Source of the DNA: Candidatus Tayloriibacteriota bacterium
GTDB lineage: Bacteria > Patescibacteriota > Minisyncoccia > Phycocordibacterales > PALSA-1337
DNA length: 36,831 nucleotides
Direction: 5' to 3'
Assembly (NCBI GenBank): GCA_025353045.1
Contig: JANXRK010000065.1
Span: 1 to 36,831, forward strand
Position numbers and translations under genes: made by a program. Below the pieces are notes generated by a model that did no database searches, had not been told where the DNA came from, and saw only the letters and a list, made by a program, of their open reading frames with translations. This document shows positions 8,661 through 17,865 of the stretch, one piece after another (position 1 is the stretch's first letter; each line of letters starts with the position of its first letter).

Positions 8661-10025
8661 ATGAGAATAAATAAATCACCCTGGATACATCAACTTGATC
8701 AGGAGAGAAAGACCACTGTTCTTAAGAATGATCTTGATACGGACATAGCTATAGTTGGAGCTGGAATCGCAGGTGTATCAACAGCATTCTTCACACTCAA
8801 ATACACTCAAGAAAGAGTGGTACTCCTTGATCAGGGAAAATTAGCCCATGGTGCAACAGGACATAATGCAGGGCAAGTGGTGGCTCGATTTGAGAGGCCC
8901 CTTAGAGAAATTGAAAAAGAGTTTGGATTTGAAAATACAAAAGACGCATTACAAAGTCTTCATTCGGCTTGGCTTCTCATTGAGGAAATGTATGAAGATG
9001 CTAAACTCGGCATCGTTTTTTCTCACACAGAAGGGAATATTGGTTTTTCTAATTTGTACCAAGTGCTCTTGGCGCTTCAAGATAATGAAATAGAGATTCT
9101 ATCGGGATTAGTTCATACAAAGTTTTTTGTCAGTGACAATGCACCTTTTTTGAAAGATATTCCAAAAATATACCAAAATTTATATAAAATCGTTCCTCAG
9201 TCAGAAATTCTCAAGAAAATGGAGACTGAGGATACGAGTTTTTATGCTTTATATTCGGATCAAGCAGCTTGTATGAACTCTGCACTTTTCTGTCAGGAGG
9301 TTGTTCTATATCTTTTAAAAAAATATCCAGAAAGATTTTTACTATTTGAAAATACAAGAATTAATAAAGTTGTACTTACTACAAATCATGCACTTTTGGA
9401 TGCTGAGAAACATACTATCAATGCAAGCAAGGTGATTTTGTGTACAAATGGTTTTGAAAATTTTGAAATATTTAATAAAGGAGGTTTGGAGATAAACAAA
9501 AACTTTCACCATTCAGTACAAGGGACTGTTGGGTATATGTCAGCATACATCGAGAAAATGAATAAGATGCCGACAGTTATTGCGTATCATACAGAAGATA
9601 CTGATCCATCGAAAGATAGCTCTACATATTTTTATTTAACGCGAAGACCATCCGAAAATCATGAAAAAAAAGATAATTTGATTTGTGTGGGAGGTCCAGA
9701 AATTGATATTGACGATCGCGCTGAATATTTAAGAGACTATGAGTATCCGGATGAAATTCCAGCAAAGATAGATCAATTTATAAAAAAAGAATACGACTCT
9801 GATCCAAATCATAAAATTGATTATGAATTCACTTGGCACGGTCTTATGGGGTATACACCAAACAGGATTCGGCTTATCGGTACTGAACCGAAAAATCCTG
9901 TCCTTTTATACAATCTTGGTTGTAATGGTATCGGTATTATCCCGTCAGTGTATGGTGGTAGAAGAATTTCAAAAATTCTAGCAGGGGAAAGACTTCGACC
10001 TTCAATATTTGACCCAAAAGGGTAG
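8661..10025 (+). CDS. FAD-dependent oxidoreductase (DAO-like)
   Basis: There is an N-terminal dinucleotide-binding motif, DIAIVGAGIAGVSTAF, and a C-terminal NLGCNGIGI block. The gene is embedded in the tRNA cluster. The substrate is unknown. Confidence 0.65.
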   Translation: MRINKSPWIHQLDQERKTTVLKNDLDTDIAIVGAGIAGVSTAFFTLKYTQERVVLLDQGKLAHGATGHNAGQVVARFERPLREIEKEFGFENTKDALQSLHSAWLLIEEMYEDAKLGIVFSHTEGNIGFSNLYQVLLALQDNEIEILSGLVHTKFFVSDNAPFLKDIPKIYQNLYKIVPQSEILKKMETEDTSFYALYSDQAACMNSALFCQEVVLYLLKKYPERFLLFENTRINKVVLTTNHALLDAEKHTINASKVILCTNGFENFEIFNKGGLEINKNFHHSVQGTVGYMSAYIEKMNKMPTVIAYHTEDTDPSKDSSTYFYLTRRPSENHEKKDNLICVGGPEIDIDDRAEYLRDYEYPDEIPAKIDQFIKKEYDSDPNHKIDYEFTWHGLMGYTPNRIRLIGTEPKNPVLLYNLGCNGIGIIPSVYGGRRISKILAGERLRPSIFDPKG

Positions 10026-10078
10026 CAGAATGGAATGTTTTCTGCTAGTATAGATTCCGTGCTAAATTGTGAGTAATT

Positions 10079-10149
10079 GCGGGGCTAGTTTAATGGTAGA
10101 ATAGAAGTTTTCCAAACTTTTGGTGGGAGTTCGATTCTCCCGCCCCGCA
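10079..10149 (+). tRNA. tRNA-Gly (anticodon TCC)
   Basis: The acceptor stem is GCGGGGC/GCCCCGC. The anticodon stem is GAAGT/ACTTT with loop TTTCCAA. The T arm is GGGAG-TTCGATT-CTCCC. No CCA is encoded. Confidence 0.9.
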
Positions 10150-10191
10150 CAACCAAGGAGTTTAGGGTGTGTTTAGTTGGAAACTTTGGGT

Positions 10192-10226
10192 AAAACAAAA
10201 ACCCGCCCTACGGCGGATTTTTGTTT
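10192..10226. terminator. bidirectional intrinsic terminator
   Basis: A CCGCC-ctac-GGCGG hairpin is flanked by an A-tract (AAAACAAAAA) and a T-tract (ATTTTTGTTT). It sits between tRNA-Gly (+) and hup (-). Confidence 0.6.
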
Positions 10227-10262
10227 AGTCTAGTCTCGAGCGAGCGATTATTTTGTAATGAT

Positions 10263-10535
10263 TTATTTTACTGCGTCCTTTAGTCCCTTTGCTGCTCGGA
10301 ACTTTGGAACCTTCATGGCTGGAACCTTGATAGCCTCACCTGTTCGAGGGTTTCGAGCGTCTCGTGCCGCTCGTTCCTTTACTGAGAAGATACCAAGTCC
10401 TGCGATAGAAACTTCCTCACCCTTCTTGAGAGAGTCGATTATTGAGTTTACTACAATGTCTACTGCTTGCTCTGCTTGTACCTTTGTTCCTCCAAGCATT
10501 GCATGTACTGCATCTACGATTCCTGCTTTATTCAT
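10263..10535 (-). CDS. hup: HU-family DNA-binding protein
   Basis: The 90-aa ORF contains MNKAGIVDAV ... GLGIFSVKERAARDARNPRTGEAIKVPAMKVPKFRAAKGLKDAV, the canonical HU beta-arm. Confidence 0.92.
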   Translation of the reverse strand: MNKAGIVDAVHAMLGGTKVQAEQAVDIVVNSIIDSLKKGEEVSIAGLGIFSVKERAARDARNPRTGEAIKVPAMKVPKFRAAKGLKDAVK

Positions 10536-10628
10536 ATAATTTTTGACAAGATTAACTAATAATTGTTTAACGTAGGTAATTATATAATATGACCCTTTTT
10601 AAGCAATAGATGCCAAATTGGGCATATT

Positions 10629-12161
10629 TTAGCGAGCAAAGTCAATAACTCGAGTCTCTCTAATGATAGTTACTTTGATTTCCCCTGGATATTTGAGATC
10701 TTTTTCTATCTTGAGTGCTATATCCCGAGCCATATTTTTTGCTTCGAGATCAGTAATCTTCTCTGGAGTCACAAAAATACGTATCTCACGTCCTGCCTGA
10801 AGGGCATAGGACTTCTCAACTCCTTGGAATCCATTTGCAATTGCTTCTAGGTCGCCTAGACGTTTCAAATAGTTCTCAATGCTATCATGTCGAGCACCTG
10901 GACGAGCACCTGATACTGCATCTGCTGTCTGCACAATGCGTGATTCAACCGTTTCATATGGATATTCTTCATGATGAGCTTGCATTGCTTTAACAATATC
11001 CTCACTTGCACCAAATTTCTGAAGAATTCTTCGTCCGATCTCTACATGACTTCCAGAGACTTCATGATCGAGTGCCTTACCTAGGTCATGGAGCAGGGCA
11101 CCAGCCTTTGCTACAGCGACATTTGCTCCTATTTCTTCAGCAATCATTCCTGCGATGTGTGACATCTCTATAGAGTGCTGCAAGACATTTTGACCATAAC
11201 TCGTTCTAAAGTGGAGACGGCCAAGGATAAGGATAATTCGAGGATCGAGACCAATAACTCCACATTCATACGCAGCTTGCTCACCTTTTTCTTTAATTGT
11301 TTTATTTATACCAGCTTGAGCTTCAGCTACGATCTTTTCAATCTTTGCAGGCTGAATACGACCGTCTTTGATAAGTTCCTCAAGAGCAACTCGTGCTACA
11401 TGACGTCGAACAGGATCAAAAGAGGAAATAGTAATAGTTCCTGGAGTATCGTCAACGATAACTTCAACGCCTGTCATTCTTTCGAACGCTTTGATATTTC
11501 TACCTTCTTTACCGATAATCTTTCCTTTTATTTCATCACTTGGAATAGCCACAGAAGTTGACATGATGTCTGAAGCTACAGAGTTAGCTAGACGCTGAAT
11601 AGATATAGCAAGAATGTCTTGAGCCTTTTTCTCAAGAGTTTCCTCGCCATTCTGTTCAAGCTTAGAAATACGAACAAGTAAATCTTGTTCAGCATTCTTT
11701 TCAATTGTTTTGATAAGAGTTTGGCGGGCTTCTTCTGCAGACATTTTTGCAACTCGTTCCAAAGCCTGAGCTTTTTCTTGTTCAAGTTTATCGGCCTTTT
11801 CTCGGATTACTTTTATCTGATCTACCTTTTCTTTGATTTGTTCTACCTCTTTATCTATATCAGTCTGTCTTTTATCGAGTAAATCTTCCTTCTTGATTAA
11901 TCTTGTTTCTGATTGTTGAACCTTTTCTTCTTTTTCTTTTATCTCCACTCGAGCCTCTTCAAGAAACTTTTTTGATTTTGTATCTGCGTCAGCTGTGATT
12001 CTTTTCGCCTCTTCTTTTGCCGTGAGAAGCATTTCTTTTATTTCAAGCTCCATCGATCCCTTTTTCCCTAGGGATATAATGAGGCGGAGGTAGTAACCGA
12101 TTGCGACTCCGGCTACTCCTGCAATACTCAAGAGTACTGCTACGGTTTTTAATGATGTCAT
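10629..12161 (-). CDS. rny: ribonuclease Y
   Basis: It has an N-terminal TM helix, a long coiled coil, a KH domain (GKIIGKEGRNIKAFE) and an HD domain (HSIEMSHIAG, LLHDLGKA). Confidence 0.9.
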   Translation of the reverse strand: MTSLKTVAVLLSIAGVAGVAIGYYLRLIISLGKKGSMELEIKEMLLTAKEEAKRITADADTKSKKFLEEARVEIKEKEEKVQQSETRLIKKEDLLDKRQTDIDKEVEQIKEKVDQIKVIREKADKLEQEKAQALERVAKMSAEEARQTLIKTIEKNAEQDLLVRISKLEQNGEETLEKKAQDILAISIQRLANSVASDIMSTSVAIPSDEIKGKIIGKEGRNIKAFERMTGVEVIVDDTPGTITISSFDPVRRHVARVALEELIKDGRIQPAKIEKIVAEAQAGINKTIKEKGEQAAYECGVIGLDPRIILILGRLHFRTSYGQNVLQHSIEMSHIAGMIAEEIGANVAVAKAGALLHDLGKALDHEVSGSHVEIGRRILQKFGASEDIVKAMQAHHEEYPYETVESRIVQTADAVSGARPGARHDSIENYLKRLGDLEAIANGFQGVEKSYALQAGREIRIFVTPEKITDLEAKNMARDIALKIEKDLKYPGEIKVTIIRETRVIDFAR

Positions 12162-12302
12162 TTGCGAATATAATTCGCCTTCCTCAGATTCTAACTAGTG
12201 TACTCAGTATGTTCAGTATATGTGTGTAATAATCGTGACACGTCGTTTACTTTCTTTAAAGGGAATTAAAATTAAATTTGTAACAAAGTTACTGTACCAC
12301 GA

Positions 12303-12905
12303 TTAGATTATCTTGTCGATGATACCGTATTTTCGTGCCTCATCAGCATCCATGAAGAAGTTTCGATCCATATCTTTTTCAATTTTTGATAAAGGTTGGC
12401 CTGTATTTTTGACAAGCATTTTATTAAGACTTTCTCGAGTCTTGAGAATATGCTTAGCGCTAATTTCAATATCTGAAGCCTGCCCCTCGACACCCCCAAG
12501 AGGTTGATGAATCATTATTTCAGAATTTGGTAATGCAAATCGCTTTCCTTTTTTTCCTGAAGCAAGAATGTGTGATCCCATTGATGCTGCCATTCCAACA
12601 CACACTGTTGAAACATCATTTTTAATATTATTCATGGTATCGATAATTGCGAGACCTGCGGTAACTACGCCGCCAGGAGAATTGATATAAAGAGTAATAT
12701 CTTTTTTTGGATCCTCGGCTTGAAGAAAAAGTAATTGAGCGATAATGATATTTGCGACATGATCATCGATGGGTCCAGCCAAGAAAATAATATTTTCTTT
12801 CAGCAATCTTGAATAAATATCATAAGCCCGTTCGCCCATGCTTGTCTTTTCTATTACAGTTGGTATTAACATATATTTTAAATTTAAATTAGATAATATT
12901 TCCAT
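12303..12905 (-). CDS. clpP: ATP-dependent Clp protease proteolytic subunit
   Basis: [18 protein letters not shown], the catalytic Ser in GMAASMGS and His in IMIHQP. The real start may be the internal Met at 12872 (MLIPTVIEK). Confidence 0.92.
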   Translation of the reverse strand: MEILSNLNLKYMLIPTVIEKTSMGERAYDIYSRLLKENIIFLAGPIDDHVANIIIAQLLFLQAEDPKKDITLYINSPGGVVTAGLAIIDTMNNIKNDVSTVCVGMAASMGSHILASGKKGKRFALPNSEIMIHQPLGGVEGQASDIEISAKHILKTRESLNKMLVKNTGQPLSKIEKDMDRNFFMDADEARKYGIIDKII

Positions 12906-12991
12906 AATACCTTATGTCTCATATTTAGCAACTTCAGGAAAAGAAAATGCCCAAGTTATTCACTTGAGCATTTCATGCGTGCGATGTGGAA

Positions 12992-14002
12992 TCATCTCTC
13001 CATTCCTTTTAGTACTTCAAGGTAGAGGTCTTCCACAATGCGTTCTTGGGCTGCACCTGATTTGGCATAGTGGTCAAGTCCTGGGGCGGAGTTGATTTCG
13101 AGAATCCAATACTGGTTAGGTTTATTGCTAATATCTCCTTCAATCATGAGGTCAACACCACACAATCTCAACCCCATATCCCTGGTAAGTGCAACGCAAA
13201 CTCTCCTGAAATCTCGGTGGATCTTATCAGTCACATCCACGGAATCACCGCCATTTGACAAGTTCGCGTTATCGAGGAGATAGATCAACCTACCTTTCTC
13301 AAGTACTGACTCAAGGGTCAAACCTTGATGTTTGAGTTTTTCGATCATTCTCGAATCAGAGAAACTAATGCGTGTGTCTCGATAGTCACGAACGAATTTT
13401 ATCTGTTTTACATCGAGCAACTCACGGATAGATGATTCACCATCACCGGTGACGTTAAGTGGAATTCTCTGATAGGCAGAGATCACGCGCTTGTCTAAGA
13501 CGACTACGCGGTAGTCCTTTCCACGCACGACTTGTTGCACCAAGGCAACTCGATCACGTCCAAAGACAGACTTCATTGCATTGTAGAATTGTCGCTTGTT
13601 GTGAACCATGGCTACATTTGTTCCCTGACTTCCACTGTTAGGCTTAACAATGACTGGAAAACCAAGTCCTTTGGCGTAATGGTATGCACCGTTTACGTCT
13701 CTGTTACGCAAGCCAATCTTCGAAGCAAAAGATCTCGCAAAAAAAGTTCTGCTACCGGAAACAGTGCGGTAACCCATCTTTTTCATGAACATGTTGGCGT
13801 AGTCTTTATCCTTGGCGATCTCAGATGCTCCGAGCGGATTCAGATCAATGCAAGAACCACGAAAGTAACACCTTTTACCGTTTTTGAACGTGATTTGACC
13901 AACCACTTGCCATCTCGGTTCGATAAGCACCTTTGCTCCTATCAAGGGTGCTATTTTCTTGAGTACTTGACCGAGAATTGGTGTGACAGTTTCTTTTTTC
14001 AT
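12992..14002 (-). CDS. ATP-grasp ligase resembling the cyanophycin synthetase G-domain / RimK group
   Basis: GFPVIVKPNSGSQGTNV ... DYRVVVLD ... ANLSNGGDSVDVTDKIHRDF ... CGVDLMIEGDIS ... ILEINSAPGLDHY is the ATP-grasp motif layout as seen in the CphA ATP-grasp domain. GC is visibly elevated: line 13501-13560 has 34/60 G+C. Confidence 0.65.
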   Translation of the reverse strand: MKKETVTPILGQVLKKIAPLIGAKVLIEPRWQVVGQITFKNGKRCYFRGSCIDLNPLGASEIAKDKDYANMFMKKMGYRTVSGSRTFFARSFASKIGLRNRDVNGAYHYAKGLGFPVIVKPNSGSQGTNVAMVHNKRQFYNAMKSVFGRDRVALVQQVVRGKDYRVVVLDKRVISAYQRIPLNVTGDGESSIRELLDVKQIKFVRDYRDTRISFSDSRMIEKLKHQGLTLESVLEKGRLIYLLDNANLSNGGDSVDVTDKIHRDFRRVCVALTRDMGLRLCGVDLMIEGDISNKPNQYWILEINSAPGLDHYAKSGAAQERIVEDLYLEVLKGMER

Positions 14003-14107
14003 AGATTTCTGATAAATTTGGTTTATTACGTATTCTTAAACGATCAGGTTGTAAGAATCTCTATTGAGAATACTCGAGCATAATTCCAAAGTCAACAATA
14101 ATCAAAT

Positions 14108-15391
14108 ATGAATAAAAAAAGATTTAAAAAATACTATAGGACAGTAAAGTTTCTTGAAAGTCTATCTACTTTATCTTCTAAACAAAATTATATGGTACAT
14201 AGAAATGATCTTGATATTTATTTGAAAAGAATGAGATATTTTTTAAATTTGCTTGATAATCCAGATAGATGGTTAAATTTTATTCACATAACGGGAACCT
14301 CAGGAAAGGGTACCGTTACAAACATGCTTCATGAGGTCATATATTCATCCGGAGTAAAGGTTGGTTCATTTACCTCTCCTTTTGTTACAACATCGATAGA
14401 AAAAATAAAAATTAACGATAAGTACATTTCAATGGATGACTTTGTAAAGATTGTCGAAAAAATGAAACCTGCAATTAAACAAACGATAAAAAGTAAATTT
14501 GGTGCAGTCTCATATTTTGAAGTATTCTTTGCAATATCGTTAGTCTATTTTAGACAACAGAAATGTGACTGGGTCGTTCTAGAAGTCGGTCTTGGTGGCA
14601 GATACGATGCAACTAATGTAATTGAAAATCCAGTTTTCACGGCTATTACTAATATTGATTATGATCACACTGAAATCCTGGGAAAAACACTTACCAAGAT
14701 TGCGAGAGATAAAGCAGGAATTATTAAAAAAGGTTCTACTTTTTTTACATCTGAAAATAGAAAATCAATTTTGAAGATATTTAAAAATATTTGCACAAAT
14801 CACAGCGTTGAATTTAATGCAATTCAGCACTCTCGTGATTATATGAAAAATAATATTTTATTAGTCACCAATATTTGTAAGAAAATAGGAATAAAGGATT
14901 CAGACATTCACGTTGGGATTTCAAAATCCAGACTACAATGTCGATTTGAAATTATCCAAAATGATCCAACTATTATAATAGATGGTGCACATAATAAAGC
15001 AAAAATTAAAAGCACTATCGATAATCTAAGGAAGATCAAATACAACAAATTGCATCTTGTCATAGCAATCTCGCAAAACAAAGATCATCTGGCAATCTTA
15101 AAACAATTAATACCAGTTGCTGATAATATTTATTTTACAAAATTTATGAATAGATTCAGAAAGTGTGCAGACCCTGAATCGCTCATTAATCTATCAAAGA
15201 ACTATTTTAAAAAAGATGCTATATATATGAAATATACATCATCAAAAAAAGCTACAAGTATAGCTCTTCAAAATGCAGATAAAAGTGACATTATTCTTAT
15301 AACAGGTTCGTTTTTTCTAGCCGGTGAAATTAGAAAATTGTGGTATCCAGAAGAGGAGATTCTTGAGAAACGCAATGCTTTTGATATTTAG
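14108..15391 (+). CDS. folC: Mur-ligase-family protein, folylpolyglutamate synthase-like
   Basis: It has the P-loop HITGTSGKGT, DATNVI, NIDYDHTEILG and IIIDGAHN. It is extremely AT-rich: line 14101-14160 has 12/60 G+C. Confidence 0.7.
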   Translation: MNKKRFKKYYRTVKFLESLSTLSSKQNYMVHRNDLDIYLKRMRYFLNLLDNPDRWLNFIHITGTSGKGTVTNMLHEVIYSSGVKVGSFTSPFVTTSIEKIKINDKYISMDDFVKIVEKMKPAIKQTIKSKFGAVSYFEVFFAISLVYFRQQKCDWVVLEVGLGGRYDATNVIENPVFTAITNIDYDHTEILGKTLTKIARDKAGIIKKGSTFFTSENRKSILKIFKNICTNHSVEFNAIQHSRDYMKNNILLVTNICKKIGIKDSDIHVGISKSRLQCRFEIIQNDPTIIIDGAHNKAKIKSTIDNLRKIKYNKLHLVIAISQNKDHLAILKQLIPVADNIYFTKFMNRFRKCADPESLINLSKNYFKKDAIYMKYTSSKKATSIALQNADKSDIILITGSFFLAGEIRKLWYPEEEILEKRNAFDI

Positions 15392-15429
15392 CAACTTCAC
15401 AACCTTTGGGAAAGGTATATAATTGTTAC

Positions 15430-16122
15430 ATGAAATTACAAAGGTTTTTTTATGAAGAAAAGCTGAACAATAAGTTTTCAGTGCTTATTACCCGTGACTC
15501 ATTTACCAATCAACTCAAGAACGTTTTTCGGTTGATAAAAGGTGATGAGATTGTGCTATTTGATAATTCTGGCTTTGACTTCCATTGTTTAGTAGAGGGA
15601 TATGATGGAGACTCTACGTCTTTGGCTATTAGCAAGGTAGTCGAGAATATCGTCCTGCCCTTGAGAGAAACATATCTCTTTGTTTCACTTGTCAAGAAAG
15701 ATAATTTTGAATGGATCATCCAGAAAGCTACTGAGCTTGGCGTTTCACATATTATTCCATTGGTTTCGGAGAGGACAGAAAAGAAAGATATCAATCTAGA
15801 AAGAGCCCAGAAGATTATCATAGAAGCTGCTGAGCAGTCTGGAAGAGGAACATTACCTATACTTTATGGTGTGGTTGATCTTGAATCAGCACTCCACACC
15901 TATGCCCACGTAAGATCGATCGCCTGGCATCCACTATCGCCAAAGTTCGTTTCACAAGACATAACTCACATTTTGGGTGCATATATAGGTCCAGAAGGGG
16001 GATGGTCTCAGAATGAGCTTGATCTATTCAAGACACATGGTATTCACGCACGATCTCTAGGTCCACAAATACTCCGTTCAGAGACAGCTGTTGTCGCTGT
16101 TATTTCTCAGCTAGTATTCTAG
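15430..16122 (+). CDS. rsmE: 16S rRNA (uracil1498-N3)-methyltransferase
   Basis: MKLQRFFYEE at the start, KKDNFEWIIQKATELGVSHIIPL and IGPEGGWSQNEL match RsmE. I prefer the ATG at 15430 to the TTG at 15406 used by the ORF track. Confidence 0.8.
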   Translation: MKLQRFFYEEKLNNKFSVLITRDSFTNQLKNVFRLIKGDEIVLFDNSGFDFHCLVEGYDGDSTSLAISKVVENIVLPLRETYLFVSLVKKDNFEWIIQKATELGVSHIIPLVSERTEKKDINLERAQKIIIEAAEQSGRGTLPILYGVVDLESALHTYAHVRSIAWHPLSPKFVSQDITHILGAYIGPEGGWSQNELDLFKTHGIHARSLGPQILRSETAVVAVISQLVF

Positions 16123-16124
16123 TT

Positions 16125-17087
16125 TTATTTTAAACTCTCAAGAAATACATAAGCAGCTTCGTTTGTTAAAACTGTTTCCGCATAAGCATATGCATGATCT
16201 TGATTTGCATCTTTGTAGTGTGCTAAAATATGTTTAACTTCTTCTTCAATTTTTTTAGTATCGACATTTATTTTTTCTAGTTTAACAATTTCGTTGAGGA
16301 TAAGTTGAAGCTTAGCTTTTTTCTCGGAAGAAGGCCTCCATTCATCGCGGATTTCTTCAATACTCTTTTTCGCATGTTTGAGATAGTCCTCGATCTTAAC
16401 ACTCATCCGAGAAATATCATCGTTAAATTGCGCTTCGATTCTGCGAGTTTCACTGTCGATCAAGAGCTCTGGAATTTCAAAAACCGATGATTGGAGAATT
16501 GCGTCTGATATTGCAATTCGCCTTTTCTCTTGGGCGTTTATTTTTTTATTTTCCAACAAATATTTTTTTATTTCTTCTTTTGATTCTGATGAATGATGGT
16601 CATGTCCTGTATGATCGGCATGAGATTTCTCAATTTTCTCAACTGCCTCAGAGATTTCTTTGTCTGTCACTTCAAATGTTTCTTCAGGCTTTTCATTTTC
16701 TATCTTCGCAGCTTTTTTATAATCACCTAATTTTATTTCTGGATAGACTGTAACTATCATTTTAAATTCAAGAGGATTGTCCAATGCTAATTTAGTTATG
16801 TTTATTTCAGGTCTTCCAAGTGTGTCTATCTTTTCTTTGATTATAATTTCTGGATATACTTTTGACAATGCAAGTTGAGCCATTTCTTCAAGAACACTCA
16901 TCTCTCCAACTTTTGAAATGAGTGTTGCCTCTGGAACTTTTCCTTTTCTAAAACCATCAATAGTTATTTCATCATTAATATTCTGTAGCGCTTGCTTTCT
17001 AAAGCTATAAAAATCCTTTGTTGCTACTGAGCCAACAATCTCAACTTTTGAGCCATCTAATTTCTTTATTTTGATATCTTTATACAT
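16125..17087 (-). CDS. tig: trigger factor lacking the PPIase domain
   Basis: The N-terminal ribosome-binding signature is DGFRKGKVP. The C-terminal arm domain is present. The FKBP region is replaced by a short His-rich linker, KSHADHTGHDHHSSES. I prefer the ATG at 17087 to the TTG at 17096. Confidence 0.7.
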   Translation of the reverse strand: MYKDIKIKKLDGSKVEIVGSVATKDFYSFRKQALQNINDEITIDGFRKGKVPEATLISKVGEMSVLEEMAQLALSKVYPEIIIKEKIDTLGRPEINITKLALDNPLEFKMIVTVYPEIKLGDYKKAAKIENEKPEETFEVTDKEISEAVEKIEKSHADHTGHDHHSSESKEEIKKYLLENKKINAQEKRRIAISDAILQSSVFEIPELLIDSETRRIEAQFNDDISRMSVKIEDYLKHAKKSIEEIRDEWRPSSEKKAKLQLILNEIVKLEKINVDTKKIEEEVKHILAHYKDANQDHAYAYAETVLTNEAAYVFLESLK

Positions 17088-17155
17088 AGTTTTCAAAGTC
17101 TACAGTATAATGTATGTGTTGACAAATAATAACTGTTGTATCTACTATAATTATT

Positions 17156-17317
17156 ATGAAAACCATTTCAAATATCAAAGTCGATAGGGAAGTGAGGGAT
17201 CAAGCGTTTGAAATCGCAAACGACATGGGTGTCCCATTAAACACACTGACAAATGTTTTTTTAAAAAAGGCTGATAGGGATATTAAAGATGGTAAAAACC
17301 TAGTTATTCCTAAATGA
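17156..17317 (+). pseudogene. short RelB/DinJ-like antitoxin remnant (53 aa)
   Basis: Hand translation gives MKTISNIKVDREVRDQAFEIANDMGVPLNTLTNVFLKKADRDIKDGKNLVIPK. This is the ribbon-helix-helix N-terminus typical of DinJ, with the C-terminal toxin-binding part missing. Its TGA overlaps the next ATG (ATGA). Confidence 0.45.
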
Positions 17318-17487
17318 AGATTTCGAGCCTCATTTTGCAGAAAGATTTTAAGAAGCAGTTTTCTAAATTAAATAAGAAAGCTCAAATTGAATTTGAATAC
17401 AAACTCAATATCTTCTTGGAAGACCAGTTTCACCCATTATTGAATAGTCAGTCACTCTTTGTGGCAATTGGTTCACATCGTCAATAA
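17314..17487 (+). pseudogene. truncated RelE/YafQ/ParE-family toxin remnant (57 aa)
   Basis: Hand translation gives MKISSLILQKDFKKQFSKLNKKAQIEFEYKLNIFLEDQFHPLLNSQSLFVAIGSHRQ. The N-terminal two helices and the HP motif of RelE/YafQ-like toxins are present. The catalytic beta-sheet half is missing. Confidence 0.45.
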
Positions 17488-17542
17488 AAAAGAAAAACCA
17501 CTTTACAAACAAAGGGGTTTTTCTTTTAGATATAAATTTTGA

Positions 17543-17845
17543 TTAGAAACTATAATCGATATCTTTTAGTTGTGCATCAAGATCAGCTTGAATTGCCGCA
17601 GAACTGTTTGTATCTGACGTAGATGAAGATATTTTGTTATTTGCTTCATCCATTTGGGTTTCTGGTATTACGTCAGCATTAGTATTTGAAGATGTATTTA
17701 GCTTTTGACTAAAGAAATACAAAGCTGCGATGATGATGAGAAGTACAATAACAAGTACTCCAACAATCGGGCCAATCTTTTTATTTTCCTGTGGGACAGG
17801 TGGAAGACCATTTAGCATTCCATTTGAATTTTGATTTGGTTGCAT
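17543..17845 (-). CDS. small single-pass membrane protein, hypothetical
   Basis: The 100-aa ORF has one TM helix (IGPIVGVLVIVLLIIIAALYFF) and a Ser/Thr/Asn-rich tail. Confidence 0.5.
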   Translation of the reverse strand: MQPNQNSNGMLNGLPPVPQENKKIGPIVGVLVIVLLIIIAALYFFSQKLNTSSNTNADVIPETQMDEANNKISSSTSDTNSSAAIQADLDAQLKDIDYSF

Positions 17846-17865
17846 GTGTTTATTTTGTTAGATTA

